A DNA stretch of 61,156 nucleotides, the filler included, from Porpidia crustulata (Eukaryota): assembly GCA_964255105.1 (NCBI GenBank). It is 13 parts of 13 records of this genome, joined end to end, with 100 filler letters (N's around TTAATTAATTAA, not from the genome) between each part and the next. Parts side by side here need not be neighbours in the genome. Positions count along the whole stretch, not along the records: positions 1 to 4,633 come from CAXUWE010002031.1; positions 4,734 to 9,365 come from CAXUWE010002032.1; positions 9,466 to 14,091 come from CAXUWE010002033.1; 10 more parts are not named here. One strand, given 5' to 3'. The notes under the pieces are model-generated. The model ran no database searches and had not been told where the DNA came from. It saw only the letters and a list, made by a program, of their open reading frames with translations. Below are positions 1 through 12,870 of the stretch, piece after piece. The stretch's first letter is position 1. Each line of letters starts with the position of its first letter. The position numbers and the translations under genes are program-made.

Positions 1-1387
1 CACACCGCCTTCCCCACCTTCACCCTCGCCGGCCCCAATCCTTTCCTGACCTCATCCAGCTGCTCCAACCCGCTCTGATACCCTCCCTTCTTCACCCTCC
101 GTTTGCCGCTCATCGAATACCCGCCCAGGAAATCATCCATGATGCCGTCGAAATCCGACCGCAGCGGCGGCGCTTGGCTCGAGCCCGAGACACCGGAGAT
201 CTTACTCAAGCTGGACATCTTGCTGAGCCCGCTTGCTCCAGACATCAACGACGCGGTATCGTCCATGATGCTACCGTCGGCATCGTCGGCGTACTCCTCC
301 TCGATCTTGTCGAAGCGGGCGTCGAGGAGTGTGAGGCCTTCGGTGCGGGCGAGCGAGGAGCTGGTCATCGAGTAGCCCGTGCTGGAAGTCATGGCGCCTT
401 TGCGCTTTTTGCGGCGGCCACGGGCCATGGATGTTCCGGTTATGATGGAGGATTGGAGGTCGTGCTGGAGCTGCGTGGGCTTGTGGGACTTTTCGGCTTT
501 TTTGAATTTGCTGAATTCTTTCATCCAGTCGCCATCACCATGGTCGGGGTTGTCTTCTGTTGGGGCATCTACTAACGTTGGTGGTGGGAGGATGGAAGGG
601 GCTTTGTTTTCGTTTCGGGGTTTGGCAGTGTCGTCGGTTTCCCAGCCGTCATCTTCTTCGTCGAAGCCTAGGTCTTCGAATTCCTCCAAACTGACTTCCT
701 GTCGATCTTTGGCAAGTTCGCCGAATAGGTCCTCTTCGTCGTCGACATAGGCTTCGTCGTCTAATGCTTCGAGGACTTCGCGTAATCTGGGATCCATATC
801 CGGTTGGAACCCTGACAAGACATCTGGGATATCTTGCTGATCCTGATACGTGCTCTTCTTCAGGTTCTTCGAAGGAAGGATATCCTCGTCTAGCAGCTGC
901 CGTGATTTCGCTTTGCTATCTGTCGAATCCTTGAGCGAGACATCCCTTAGAGCATCCTCAAGCTTCACCTTCTCTTTCCCCTTCCCTTGTTTTCTCGCAG
1001 GCGCTTCTACAAAATAGCTTTCCCCAGTCCCATAACCTCCATTCAGGTCGCGCAAATGTTGCATGTAGTCATATTCCGTGTCGTCGTAATACACGCCGTG
1101 CTCCGCCGCTTCGCCTTCATTGTCTCTGACCCCAGGTAGGCTGTCACCCTCGGACCCGTCAAATAGCTCTGACTCGAGTTTCGTTATATTTTTGACTTTG
1201 TGGGCTTGTGATGGAGCGAGCTCTGCGAAGACCATGGAGCTAGAGGAGGCATCGTGTAATTTTGGGTCATTTTGCGGGCGATGAACGAGAGCGTACGTGG
1301 TGGAGGTGGATTTGTCACTGGGCAGGTGGTCAATAAGAGAGCTTCCTTGAGGTCCTATTGTCCTTACATCCACTTCTTGCGCGGCAT
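1..1387 (-). CDS. LTV1: Low-temperature viability protein / 40S biogenesis factor Ltv1 (3' truncated at contig edge)
   Basis: Hand splicing: ATG 1387, 50-nt GT-AG intron 1318-1367, giving [25 protein letters not shown]...[18 protein letters not shown]...[22 protein letters not shown], typical of Ltv1. Confidence 0.9.
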
Positions 1388-1778
1388 GGCTGTGCGTTGA
1401 TATATTAATCGCGAACTTTTGGAGCGTTTTGGATTTGGTATGCTACGAAAAAAGTTCGTGGGTAGCAGTGACGTCACAGGTTCAACTTTGGGCAATGAGC
1501 ATCCCTCCCTCTCCAAGCTCAGGGACCTATCCACCTATCTTCCAGAGCCAAGTGTTTCCTGTTTGAACTTTTCATTGCAAGTAATACTCTCATATTTTAT
1601 TGAGATGTCTACAAGTATATATTTTAAGTATTCGCCTGTTCCCGTCGGACGCCAATATGCAGATGGTATCTTTTTCGCGCCTCCCATGCCAGTAAATGCT
1701 CCGCACACCTATAAAATTGACATTTTACCCACAATGAACAGACTCCATAGCTGCCGTGTCACCCGATGTTTTGGTATC

Positions 1779-4393
1779 TTACATGATCGAGCATTCCCTG
1801 TCTGGCTTCTCTGCCTTTGCTTTCCCCTTCCCACCATGCTGATGATTTCCATGCCTGCCTTTGCTCTTGTCTCTCTTCTCCTTTTTCGATGGCGCATTCT
1901 CAATCGCTCTAGTATTGTCTGCTGTTTGGATTCCAAGGACTTTCGGAACTGGCTCGTCGACCCTATCCGTGATCGTAGCAGGGTCTTCGGGTTTCTCTTT
2001 TGTCAAGCGACCAGCTAGACGTGAGAGAGAAGTGCTTAGTCTCGTCTCCCCTGTCTGGCTACTAGGCCTGCTTCTCGAATTCGCTTTCGTGACTTTGGTC
2101 CCATGGCGTGAACCTAGTACTGAAGCAGCCCCATTTGGACCGGTATCGGTCGCAGGAGTAAGCAGACTGACACTTCCAGCACTGACGTCTGTGAAAACAA
2201 CGCTCTGCCGCCTTTCACTAGTTGAGCTCGTGCGCCCCCGTGGCACATCTAAAGACACGGCCCCGTCAAGACTGTGTCTTCCTAAGTTTATAGATTCTTC
2301 GTTGGCAGCACCGCTGTCTTTGATCACCTCCGAATGTTGACTTTCGGATTCGGTATAGGAGGGAGGATGTTCCCTTTCTGCGATGTTTCCTGGATCACCC
2401 TCAATAGGAGTCACTTGGTAGAAGAGGAGGTATGGGGATTCCTTGGCTAGGAAATCATTAATGTCGACGAAAGCAACTCTTTCCTTTGCGAGATCGTCCA
2501 ATCGCATCCACTTGTCCTGTTCTTTTACGTCTGGAACATGATTGTTTGAAATAGCGGAGCTACTTTGTGTTCGTGGTTTGGACTTTTGGCTGCGCACAAC
2601 GCTGATGTAGTGCCCTGAACCTACCGATACTCCTCGATGGCATACGACTGACTGTAAGGAGAGCTTAAAATTACCAAACACAGGGCCATTCTCTGACATT
2701 ACGTCATCTTGGATGAAATGAGGAAGACCGATTTCTAGTGGGATGTCGATATGTGTGTTACGTCTTAAAGCGTTTCCATTCGGCAGCATTGAATATCGCT
2801 TGAGACAAATCCCGAGAATTGGTCTTGTAGAGGAGAAATGAGCCGCAACCTGGTTGTCATTTTTAGGCACGTTATCCGTGTACCATGGTATCAAGCTGAA
2901 GAACTGCCAAGCGGGCATCATCACCTCTTTTCTTAGAGTGCCAGCTCGTTTTCTGCCTGACAGACTGCCTTGTTTCTCGAGAGGATAATTTGAGTTGTCT
3001 TGTCCGCCTTTCTCTGATACATAATGCTCACGAATGATGCTTGGCGCTCGGTGCCGCCCTTGAGCTTGCAGTGTAAAGGGTCCGATGCTCAGTGGTGATG
3101 GAGACATGGGCGTCGAAGGCTGGGACTCTTCATACTCCGCAACTTCCACATGGGCAGCGCTGGGTTTACTCGGATCAACTGCAGATCGTGGTTGCATAGT
3201 ACCTAGTGTCCCCCTTCTTTCCAGATACCTTTTCACTTCGATACGGTTGTTAAAGTATGTCTCCAAGCAGTCCTCTAGAGTGATTACAGTCCCATCTTGA
3301 GGTTCCTCCGGTATGGCTACCTCTAAAAGACGCTCATTGACAAACTTATGGTCATCACTTACGTCCTCCTTTCCAGTGTGAAAGATGTCCATCTTCAGCG
3401 TCAATAACGGCAAAGCGAGGGTTTCAGTGATGAACGAGAAGGCTTCAGAGGCGTCCTGCTGGCGTACCATAGCCGCGTCCTTCCACCCACATGCACAAAG
3501 CTGGAGTTGTAATTGCTTGGTCTAGACCACCCGTTAGTATGATCGAGAATTATGATGTGGGGCAAACAACGCTCACTATGTCTGTAGTTACCAGCTTTCC
3601 AACCCGAAGGGTGTTGACCCACAATCTCAACAAGGTTGCTAATCGCTTCCTTGGCTCATCCTCAAAATTATTGTAGAGTATGGCCTCAAAACTACCAAGC
3701 CTAGCAAACATTGCAAATAGCAGGGCGTCCAGATAACATGTGACTCCTTCTCTGTTGGCCGCTCCTAATAGCTTAATGTTTGGGTCAAAGTCCTTGATGA
3801 TGCCCTGTTCCGATTCCTCGAATAGTACCAATAGATCGAAGGCTTTTTCTGGGTCACCATTCGCATACGGAGCGTTCAAAGTATAGGCTATATCAGGCTC
3901 TTTAATGTTTGTGATCCCGACCTTGGCCAGACATTGGGTAAGAGCTTTGATCTAGCCTTGTGAGTGGACAGCTTGAGGACCCTTGAGATTGGCTTCATAC
4001 CTTCGTCTCCTCATTCCTCTCCGGCGCCTTCTTGTCATCGTCGGGAAACAGCCCATGAAGTAGGCCTGCAGTCTGTCTAGGCTGCAGGAGTAAATCCTCA
4101 GACGAGTTAGCAGTTGATGCGTGAACTATTCCTTCCGTCACCAGCAAACGTGAGGAGGTCTTTGGTGTCTGGGTATGGAATGCTAATGACAAGGATGACA
4201 GAGAAGAAGAAGACGTGTGCCTGTATAGTAAGGAGAAGGGCGCTAAAGCCCCAGTAGTGGAGGTGGAGATGGAGAGGGAGGAATTGGATGAGGAGTCGGA
4301 CGCCGGTAAAGGTGTAGGTGATGGTGGAGACATTACTTTCTTCTGGTGACCATTTTTATCCCGTCGACTTAGAAACCTGTTAATACTGCTCAT
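1779..4393 (-). CDS. Ubiquitin-specific protease (USP/UCH family), multi-exon
   Basis: Cys box NREGVTCYLDALLFAMF, QQDASEAF, His box LQSVVCHRG..GHYIS and W.RLDD, spread over ORFs 3995-4393, 3550-3879 and 1779-3470 and joined by GT-AG introns. Confidence 0.9.
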
Positions 4394-4633
4394 CTTGAAG
4401 AATTAAGGAGCGTAAGAATAGATTGATAACAGGGCCACGTCCCGCAGTTGCCTAGCAGCATGGGAGTTGACAGAAGTGAATGCGAGGGAAAGGATCTTCG
4501 TTGCTTGAGTGCGTCAAGCATAGTTGGAACTCGAATGTTCCTGTAATCTGTTCAATCCGTAGTGGAGCGGGCTTTCTTTATAATACATAATGGGGCCTAA
4601 ATAGGTAGAGGAAGACATTTAGCTAGATATGAT

Positions 4634-4733
4634 NNNNNNNNNNNNNNNNNNNNNNNNNNNNNNNNNNNNNNNNNNNNTTAATTAATTAANNNNNNNNNNN
4701 NNNNNNNNNNNNNNNNNNNNNNNNNNNNNNNNN
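4634..4733. other. Artificial contig spacer
   Basis: N44-TTAATTAATTAA-N44, stops in all six frames. Confidence 0.99.
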
Positions 4734-7321
4734 GTTCAATTGCTGGTTGGGGTGGGGTTGGGGAGAGGCGCCTCTGGCGAGGTGGGTGGCGTGGCCCATC
4801 TGTAGGTGGTGGTTGCGAAGTTGTTGTTGATAGTGTTCGTAGTTTCGTTGGTTGGCCATTTGCTGCTGGAAGTTTGCCATTTGAGCGGGGTTACGGTCAG
4901 GGGAGATCTGGTTGGGGGAGGAGTTTTGGAGTCGATGTGTGACCTGTTGCTGCTGCTGCTGGAGATAGGTCTGCTGAGCACGCTGTCGCAGATACAACTG
5001 TTGCTGCTCCGGGGTTAGCTGCGGGTTAACGCTGGCTAGGTGTTGTGCGGCTATGGTGTTCTGCGCCAAGGTGGGAGTATGTGCCATCGAGCTTGGCGGG
5101 CTTGCGTGACCCATTCTCGAAGTCGGAGTATTATGATTCAGCACCGGCGTGGCATTTTGCATGCTTGGTGTCCCGTTCATTTGGGGCGTACCCCTACGAC
5201 TGATTGGCTGCTGGCTTCGCTGATGTACCATTGCTGCGCCTCCCATAGGATGACCATGTTGAAGTGCCGAAGGAGGTCGTGCTGGACTGCCAGTATTGCC
5301 TTGACCGGAAGAAGTGACATTCATGGGAACACTCTGTCCAGCCTGAGCCGCTCCAACGCTACCAACCAATGGCGACGAGCTACTATGAGGAGTCATGTTG
5401 CGAACTATGGGAGAAGAACGGTGAGGTTGCGAGACTGGTGCCATGTGTTGCTGGCCGTTCGGTACCATGCCAGAAGAGACTGGAGGATTGGTGTGTTGAT
5501 TCTGCCGGGCCTCTTTAACATGTGCATTCTGTAAAGCTGCGGCATTGGCTTGGTTCTGAGCTACTTGTTGTGCTTGTCGCTGCGCTACAGCGTTCTGTTG
5601 ATATGTACGCATTTGATGTTCTCTAGCAGCGTGCTCTGCAGCTTTCTTTTCTTGCATTTGCCTTGCTTCTGGCTCCTGCTGTTCAAGCTTGGCTTTGTTG
5701 GCTGCTTGCTGAGCCTCTCGCTGCTGTTTGGCTTCCTTGTCTCGTTCAGCTTTCTCCGCATGTGAAGCCTTGATTACCTCCAGCGCCTTGAATCTTTCAA
5801 AACGCGGTTCAAACGCTACACCTCCAGCCTCACCGTCTGCGGTTTTGGACTTTCCACCGGCAGGACCAGACGCTGCAAGAGCCAGCCTTTCATCCATGAT
5901 CAACATATATCGTTGTTCTTCTGCAGCTAAGGCCTCGTCGGCAGCCAACTCAGCTATAGTTCTTTTCCTTGTCTTTGGAGGGGGGTAATCTTGGCGATGG
6001 AGTGGGTCTGTCAGAGACTGCAATACAGTTTGTGCCTCTTGCATATTGTCGACAGGCTCCAAGAAAAGTGGAGGAGCCGTTGCCTGAACAATTTTGCTCT
6101 CGAAAAGATGGATATCCTTTTTACCGATGAGCATTTTCTGTCTTTTGGCGGCAGGACCAGAAGTTGATGGCGTAGGAGGTACAGCAGACAGGGGAGTAGG
6201 AGGATGTGTCATTGTTGCGGAAGCGGGTGTTCGATTGTTACCGCTATGCTGGGATGGTTTTCGACCGTTCGATCGAGGGTCCGGTGTATTAGCAAAGACA
6301 AATACCTCCTCCTCCAATGATAAAGGTGTTGGGAAAAGGGCGACGGTGAAAACTTTCGATGCATTTCCAGTGGGCTTTAAATTTGGCTGTTGGTTAAGAT
6401 CCAAAAGGTCTTTTCGCGTATTGCCCGATAACTCTGCGGAGTCGGGTTTAGGTGCAGGGTTGTTGCTTTCCACATTGGGAACGTTCACATGTGGATAAGG
6501 CACGTATGGGGAAGGCGTAAGGTATGGATTGTAATTGTGAATGGAGAAGGGCACGTTCTTATCTGCGCCTGAAGTGCTTGTTGACGTCTGAGATACTACA
6601 GAAGGGCTCTTATGATCGTGGACTTGTATGATGAGGCTTCCTAAATGTGCCTGTGTTAGCCTGGTAGACTTGAGACCTCCAATCTACTCATACCTTCATA
6701 AAATTTAATACCAGCAACCAATAGCTCAGGTATCAGATCATGCGGAATGGTTCTTGTCTTTATATGTGCCAAAATAACCTTCATCTCAGAGCTGTATGAA
6801 TAAGTGTCTTCCCCTTGCTCGAATCGAAAGTGAGTTGGGTAGAGATGAAGAATGAGTGAGGGAGGTTTGCTATGATATTTCTTGAGAATATCCGCTTCGG
6901 TCTTGGCTATTCATGAAATATTAACAGTCTTATTCCAACCACGATTATAGCTTGAGGTCACAATTAACGTACCATATGGTTCAGGTATTCTCTTCAGCAA
7001 CCTCCGGTCCAGAAGACTGTCCATTTGTCCGCCCTTGCCGCTCCTATTTTGTCGCCCTTGAATATCGCCAGGTTTTTGGGAGTCACGTCTTCGATTACTC
7101 AAGCGGGGCCCGACCCCGTTCACGCTGCCATTCACGCCATTCACTGCGCTCACACTTGGAGGATGCTTGAAACCAGATGGAGGTCTTTTAGAACTCAGTG
7201 ATGGAGAAGGCGAGGATTGTGAAGATCTGGCACCATTGACTGATGTTTGCACCGCAGGAGGTGGAGGGCGCTTCATCTTTTGGTGAGGTGGGGCTGTTTT
7301 TGTCGCAATTGCGGTAGCCAT
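4734..7321 (-). CDS. SPT20: SAGA complex subunit Spt20 (3' truncated), Q-rich C-terminus
   Basis: Middle exon about 6693-6910 encodes PPSLILHLYPTHFRFEQ...TIPHDLIPELL..GIKFYE, spliced to GSLIIQVHDHKS (Spt20 domain), followed by a long Gln-rich tail. Confidence 0.85.
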
Positions 7322-7810
7322 TTTTATTTATTCAAAGGGCAGCTCTTGGAAAGCTAATCCGGGGCAGTTCCTCTCTGTCTCACAGGTAGCCCAGGGAACC
7401 CCTCTGGGGCTTAGTGGGGCCCACCCAGAGTCGCGGTATCATAAGAGAATGGCAAGTCAGAACAATCTGCCGGTTTAAAGCAGGAGGGACGGCGCCTGGG
7501 TCGATGATAACCTACGTGCTTCTGAATGCCGGCCAGAACGGATTGCGAGTATCAACTGAGATAAGTTGATGATTTGGTGGAGTCGCATTCGCGAACAATG
7601 AGTGCTAGTAGTCATAAGGTTTCAAGCCTAAAAGGGTTACTTCATCGTTGATTTATCAATATTTCGGCGACCGTATGCTCTGCTCTGTATAACGATGATA
7701 TGCAATTTGATATATACTACAATCATTACCCTCAGATCAAAAGCCGTCTTAGTCCATTATTTCAGACCTTGACTCGTAAACGCCAAATGAAGGATTCCCG
7801 TCTGCACCCA

Positions 7811-9182
7811 TTAGTCGTGACCTCCAACTCTTCTTCGCCAATCCTCGCCGACCCGCAACCCCTCGACGACTTCCACACCTTTCCCAAGTCCAATTCTTGG
7901 ATCATCTTGCCACCACTCCTCTTTAGCCTCTTCACCAGAATGTCCGCGTTCATCCTCGCTGTCCACTAAACCTCCATGCCCACCTTTGTCGCCGACAACT
8001 AGCACGATTTGACCAACCCAGTTGGATATTTGAGAAAGTACGTCGCCACCAGAGCCGGATAGCGATTCCTGCATATAAACAATTTCAGGGCCTAGATGAC
8101 GTAGCAGATAGACGTGCCCAGCTGGTGTGGTGAAAGGCATAATCATAGTATCCTTCTCCACTAGCGCTTGAGCCTGGCTGTATAGACTGTCGAACATTTT
8201 AGATCTCGTAGGTGATGACATGGGATCGGGAGATACTAAAGCGAGAGGCTTCTCTCCCTCGCCACTATGGCTTTCAGCATCTTCGTGGCCTATGTTTGAA
8301 TAAGATGAGGTGATCGATAGGGCAGGTTGTGAAGCTTGTGGATTTGTAGAAAGCGGGTGCTGCTTGAGATCAGGGGCGTAGATCAGTACGAGAACTCGCG
8401 AGTTAGAGTCAATATGATGAGGTAGGTGTGAGAGGATAGACTAGAAAGCTGTCAGCCTCATTCAAGTTTCACTATAGCTGACTGAAACCTACGGCATTCT
8501 CTTGCAGATATGATGCTTCTTCGTCATGAGTGTGGTATTGCATATCTGCAGACACAACTATGGCAACTGTTTTCTTTTTTCCACCAGCTTTTGTTGTAGT
8601 CTGATTAGTTTGAGGTATTTGCTGTGATGGCTCTACCGCTTGGGTCTCAGGAAGTTGAGGAGGCGCCACACCAGCAGGTCGCGTTTCTGCTTCCTCTGAC
8701 CACCTCGAATGATCCTCAAAGTCTCCTCTATCTTCCTCACGGATCGAAGACAGTGCTCCCCCAACGACAGCTCCGGCAGCAGTAACTCCCGCAACCACTC
8801 TTCGGCTTGCGCCGTCGAATAGCTGCTGTGGACTAGGTGTCCGCCGAATCGCGCCAGACATGCGTGCTATCAAGCTGTCGTCGTCTAATCTTGGACCTCC
8901 CGCTTCGCGTGCAAAAGGAAGATCTCCATGTGGTCCATCATTGTAGCTAGGAGGGCGTCCTGCGCCTGCATCGCTGTACCCTGTAGGAGGTCTGTCTGCT
9001 CTCCTATCAGAATCATCATCGTCGTTGTCTCTCCTTTCACTCCAGATCCATGCGACAACCCCAGCTGTAGCCACAGTCACGGTCAATGCCAAAGGGAGCC
9101 AATACCCTAATGCGCTTCTTCGTGTTGACGCGCCATATGTTTGACGACGTTGCCGCTCATACCGATCATAAGAATAAGACAT
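7811..9182 (-). CDS. Peroxin-22-like membrane protein (2 exons)
   Basis: N-terminal TM segment YWLPLALTVTVATAGVVAWIW and C-terminal ...GKGVEVVEGLRVGEDWRRRV; intron about 8443-8490; resembles Pezizomycotina Pex22-like proteins (from recall). Confidence 0.6.
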
Positions 9183-9323
9183 CTTGAATTTTCAGAGAAG
9201 CTAAATCAGCGTCTCATTTTAGTCAGTCGTAAGGAATGTGCGAAGAAAAGCATCGTAAAGCTGTGATTGTTGATGAGGTCGAGGTGGGATGGCTGGTCAA
9301 CTGGTCTACCTATTACTCGTACT

Positions 9324-9354
9324 CACCCCTAGTTCGATTACACCCCTAGTTCGA
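9324..9354. repeat. Direct repeat CACCCCTAGTTCGA x2 with 17-bp period at contig end; possible Fot1/pogo TIR
   Basis: Exact 14-mer at 9324-9337 and 9341-9354. Confidence 0.6.
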
Positions 9355-9365
9355 AAACCCTAAGC

Positions 9366-9465
9366 NNNNNNNNNNNNNNNNNNNNNNNNNNNNNNNNNNN
9401 NNNNNNNNNTTAATTAATTAANNNNNNNNNNNNNNNNNNNNNNNNNNNNNNNNNNNNNNNNNNNN
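9366..9465. other. Artificial contig spacer
   Basis: N44-TTAATTAATTAA-N44. Confidence 0.99.
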
Positions 9466-9909
9466 GGGAAGAATAGGGAGATAAAGTGGCTAATGCGGGA
9501 GAACAGGGGACGGCAAGGAAATGGAGCTGGATACGGAGAAATTGGGGATCAAGGATGTGATGGAGGAGGTGGATCGGCATTCGAGGGTGTTGAATCGGAA
9601 GGCGGAGTTGACGGGGAGTTGAGGAGGGTTTATTTTGGGGAGAATATTGTGGGGAGACTTGGTGTAAATATACGAGGCGGATGTGAAGGGTTCAAAGAGA
9701 ACTCGGCAAGATGGTTTGTGGCATTGGCACGGAGTCTAGGACACTTTGGTCGAGCATTCGTACGGGAATCACATTGACATCGCATGGTTTGATGGGCTCT
9801 AAGTACTTTTTGTGCCGGAGACAAAAGCCAACCTGATCTATATGTGGAGAGGATATGCAAGAAACAGCACCGTATTTCCGAGCCTTCCTGCGGCAACTGC
9901 GCAATCAGC

Positions 9910-11283
9910 TTACACCGCAGCGCCGGAGATGAAGAACCACTTGTCGTAGATCCCATCAATTGGGGCGGGTTTGAGTTCCTCGTGCCGTTTGATTTGGCGG
10001 GAGCCGGCTTCTTCGCGGTTCTCGGAGTGGGGAACGCTGACGTTGGCGCTGGAAGGCGGTTAGCTAGGGATCTATTGAAGACGTTCGAGAGGAAAACTCA
10101 CAGAGAAATTCCACCACGTCCGGATTTGCCAGTGATGAGCCTTTCCCAAGCCTCGGCGCACTCGCGGACAACGTCTGTGGCGTATCTGGAGAATCATTTT
10201 CAGCTGCTTTGAATCTTGCACAGCGTGACGAGGACCTACTTCTTGTTCTTGCACTCTCCGGAGAAAGCAAATTGGTTCTCTGGCTTCCCATCTGGGATCT
10301 TGTAGATGCGGAACCACTCGTTTGTGGCCCTCAAAAGACCGGGCAAATGTCGCTCGACATCCTCGACGTCGTTGAGCCTCGGCGCCAATGGGTCGTTGAT
10401 GTCGATGACAATGATTTTCCAATCCGTCTCTTCCTCGTCGAGCAGAGCCATGACTCCTAGAACCTTGACCTGCTTGATTTGTCCAGTGGTAGCGACGAGT
10501 TCGCCAATCTCGCAGACGTCAAGAGGATCGTTGTCACCCTTGGCTTTGGTCTCTGGGTGGACAACGTTGGGGTCTTCCCAAGTCTACGAGTAAGGGTGAG
10601 CGAAATGCAGAGCAGTGAGATCAGGATTGCCCGTACCTGAGGGAAGCATCCGTAGTTCCAGAGATATCCGTGGTGGGGGAAGCAGTTGCGGACGTAGCGG
10701 AGTTTGCCTTTCTTGATGTCCTGTTTGATGGGGTTCAATGGCTCCTCCTTGGAAATCTATAGAAAAGCATCAGTCGTTGTTGTGCAGAATGAGATCCACT
10801 GTGGGCGGGCTATGGGGGGATTTAGTGAGGACTTTAAGATCTCACCTCCATTTTAGCATTGGTCCATCTGGGAATCTCAACGATCATGTTGAGAATAGTC
10901 TGCTGCTCATTGGCGTACAGAGGGACGTCGTGGAAAGCTGATATCGGCGCTCCATCTTTTTCAATGTACACCCGGTGTTCTAGGGTGTTCTGAGCACCGA
11001 TTTTCCTTACGGTATAACCTCCAGAGGAATTTGAGGAGCTCATGGTTGTATTGTTCAGTGCGGTGGATGAAAAGTGACGGGCCAACTGTTGGGTACGAGA
11101 AGTAATTGTATTTTGAGCAAGAGAGTTAGTGGGGGCGGTTTTGGGGCGGGGAGCCTCAGAAGCCAGTGTGGGAAAGCCAAGAGCTACACGGTGAACATGC
11201 AGGATACGAGCACGACAATTGGTGGCTTTATTGGTTTGCAGAACTCGTCCGAGTGGTCTTGATGTAGGTCTTAGAGATTGCAT
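9910..11283 (-). CDS. IPP1: Inorganic pyrophosphatase with N-terminal extension, multi-exon
   Basis: [69 protein letters not shown]; ends [14 protein letters not shown] at 9910. Confidence 0.96.
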
Positions 11284-11538
11284 AGAGGTTCACTATCAAG
11301 CATGTTCCCGCAATGGCTTTTCTCCAAGTAGATCTCCTCTGATCCACCGGGTGATTTATGACGATCAGGAACCGCAATTTTATGCAATTTATCCACATAT
11401 ACCTGGAAATTTATACATGCTTGCACAACAACCCTTATCGATTAAACTTTCTGATTTTCCATTTCTGGACATTCAATATCAACAATTTTTGAGTCACTAG
11501 GTGAGTATCCATACAACAGTGCCACCCAGTATAATGCT

Positions 11539-12870
11539 ATGCTGCGTTCTGTCACATCTGCCATGACAACTACCCCGAAACGGATACCAATTCCCAAAAA
11601 TGGGGTCGATTACAGAGGCAAGATTGTCCTGGCGCCCATGGTGCGTTCAGGCGAACTCCCCTCCCGCCTACTTGCCCTCAAGTATGGCGCAGACCTAGTC
11701 TGGGGTCCCGAGACTGTCGACAAATCCATGATCGGTACCACCAAGAAGATTAATCCCTTTACGTCGACTATTGACTTCACCCGCTATTCAAGCAATGCCT
11801 CAAGAGCCCAGCCAGCGGAGCAAAAGGAGAGCATCATTTACCGGATACATCCAACTCGGGAGCATGGGAGATTAATCTTCCAAATCGGCACTTCTTCTCC
11901 AACCTTTGCGGTGGAAGCGGCCAAGCTTGTTGCGGCAGATGTTGCCGGTATAGACGTCAACGCAGGATGCCCGAAGCCCTTTTCCACATCTGGAGGCATG
12001 GGGGCTGCATTGTTGCAAACGCCTGACTTACTGGCATCTATCCTGGTGGCTCTGGTCAAAGAAGTAGGCAAGGTCTACGAAATCGGCATTAGCGTCAAAA
12101 TACGGCTACTGGAAACGAAGGAGAAGACCGAATCGCTGGTCAGAAAACTTTGCAGTACGGGAATCACAGGACTGACGATTCATTGCCGTACTACCCCAAT
12201 GAGACCTCACGAAAGAGCTATCCGGGACCAACTTCGCATGATAGCAGACGTTTGTAGAGAAGCAGGCGTAGCTTGCCTGATGAACGGAGATGTGAAGAAC
12301 AAAGACGAGGCCTTGCAGCTTGTGAAAGAGTATGGTGTTGACGGAGCTATGATAGCTACAGCCGCGGAAGCAAATTCCAGCTGTTTCCGTACCGAGGCCG
12401 AAGGTGGGCTTCTCCCATGGAGGGAGGTTGTGCGAGAATATGTAAAAACAGCCTTGGAGGTTGATAACAAATGGGGCAACACCAAATTCTTACTCGGTCA
12501 ACTCATGCCGGGGAAGGCCGAGGTGTATAGACCAGTATCGTCCAGCAAGGGCTACGTAGACATGTGCGAGATCTTGGAATACGGGGACTTTCTCGAGCAG
12601 GCGCGAGAGGTCGACGAACGACTCGGTCTGGGTGTGCATAACAAGTGTGCCGTGAAGAAAGCAAAGACGAAAAACAAAAGCGCGCAAGCCGCCGGAGGTC
12701 ATATGGCAAAAGGAAGGGTAGATGGAACCGAGGGTAGAAGTCGTCTCTCTGAACGAGGTACGGGCTCTACTGCTGCTGCGACCAAAAATATGGTGGAGTC
12801 ATTTGGTATCGAGCCGCAGAATTTGCCAATTGAGCAAGGTATGATGGCCTCGATCGGCTTGTCAACATGA
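11539..12870 (+). CDS. DUS2: tRNA-dihydrouridine(20) synthase
   Basis: LAPMVRSGELPSRLLALKYGADLVWGPE, IDVNAGCPKPFS, SVKIRLL, IHCRT, NGDV motifs; intronless. Confidence 0.9.
   Translation: MLRSVTSAMTTTPKRIPIPKNGVDYRGKIVLAPMVRSGELPSRLLALKYGADLVWGPETVDKSMIGTTKKINPFTSTIDFTRYSSNASRAQPAEQKESIIYRIHPTREHGRLIFQIGTSSPTFAVEAAKLVAADVAGIDVNAGCPKPFSTSGGMGAALLQTPDLLASILVALVKEVGKVYEIGISVKIRLLETKEKTESLVRKLCSTGITGLTIHCRTTPMRPHERAIRDQLRMIADVCREAGVACLMNGDVKNKDEALQLVKEYGVDGAMIATAAEANSSCFRTEAEGGLLPWREVVREYVKTALEVDNKWGNTKFLLGQLMPGKAEVYRPVSSSKGYVDMCEILEYGDFLEQAREVDERLGLGVHNKCAVKKAKTKNKSAQAAGGHMAKGRVDGTEGRSRLSERGTGSTAAATKNMVESFGIEPQNLPIEQGMMASIGLST

Noticed and set aside
4678..4689. Regularly spaced TTAATTAATTAA as a CRISPR-like or biological repeat
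   Set aside because: Always embedded in N runs; it is a six-frame stop linker added during concatenation
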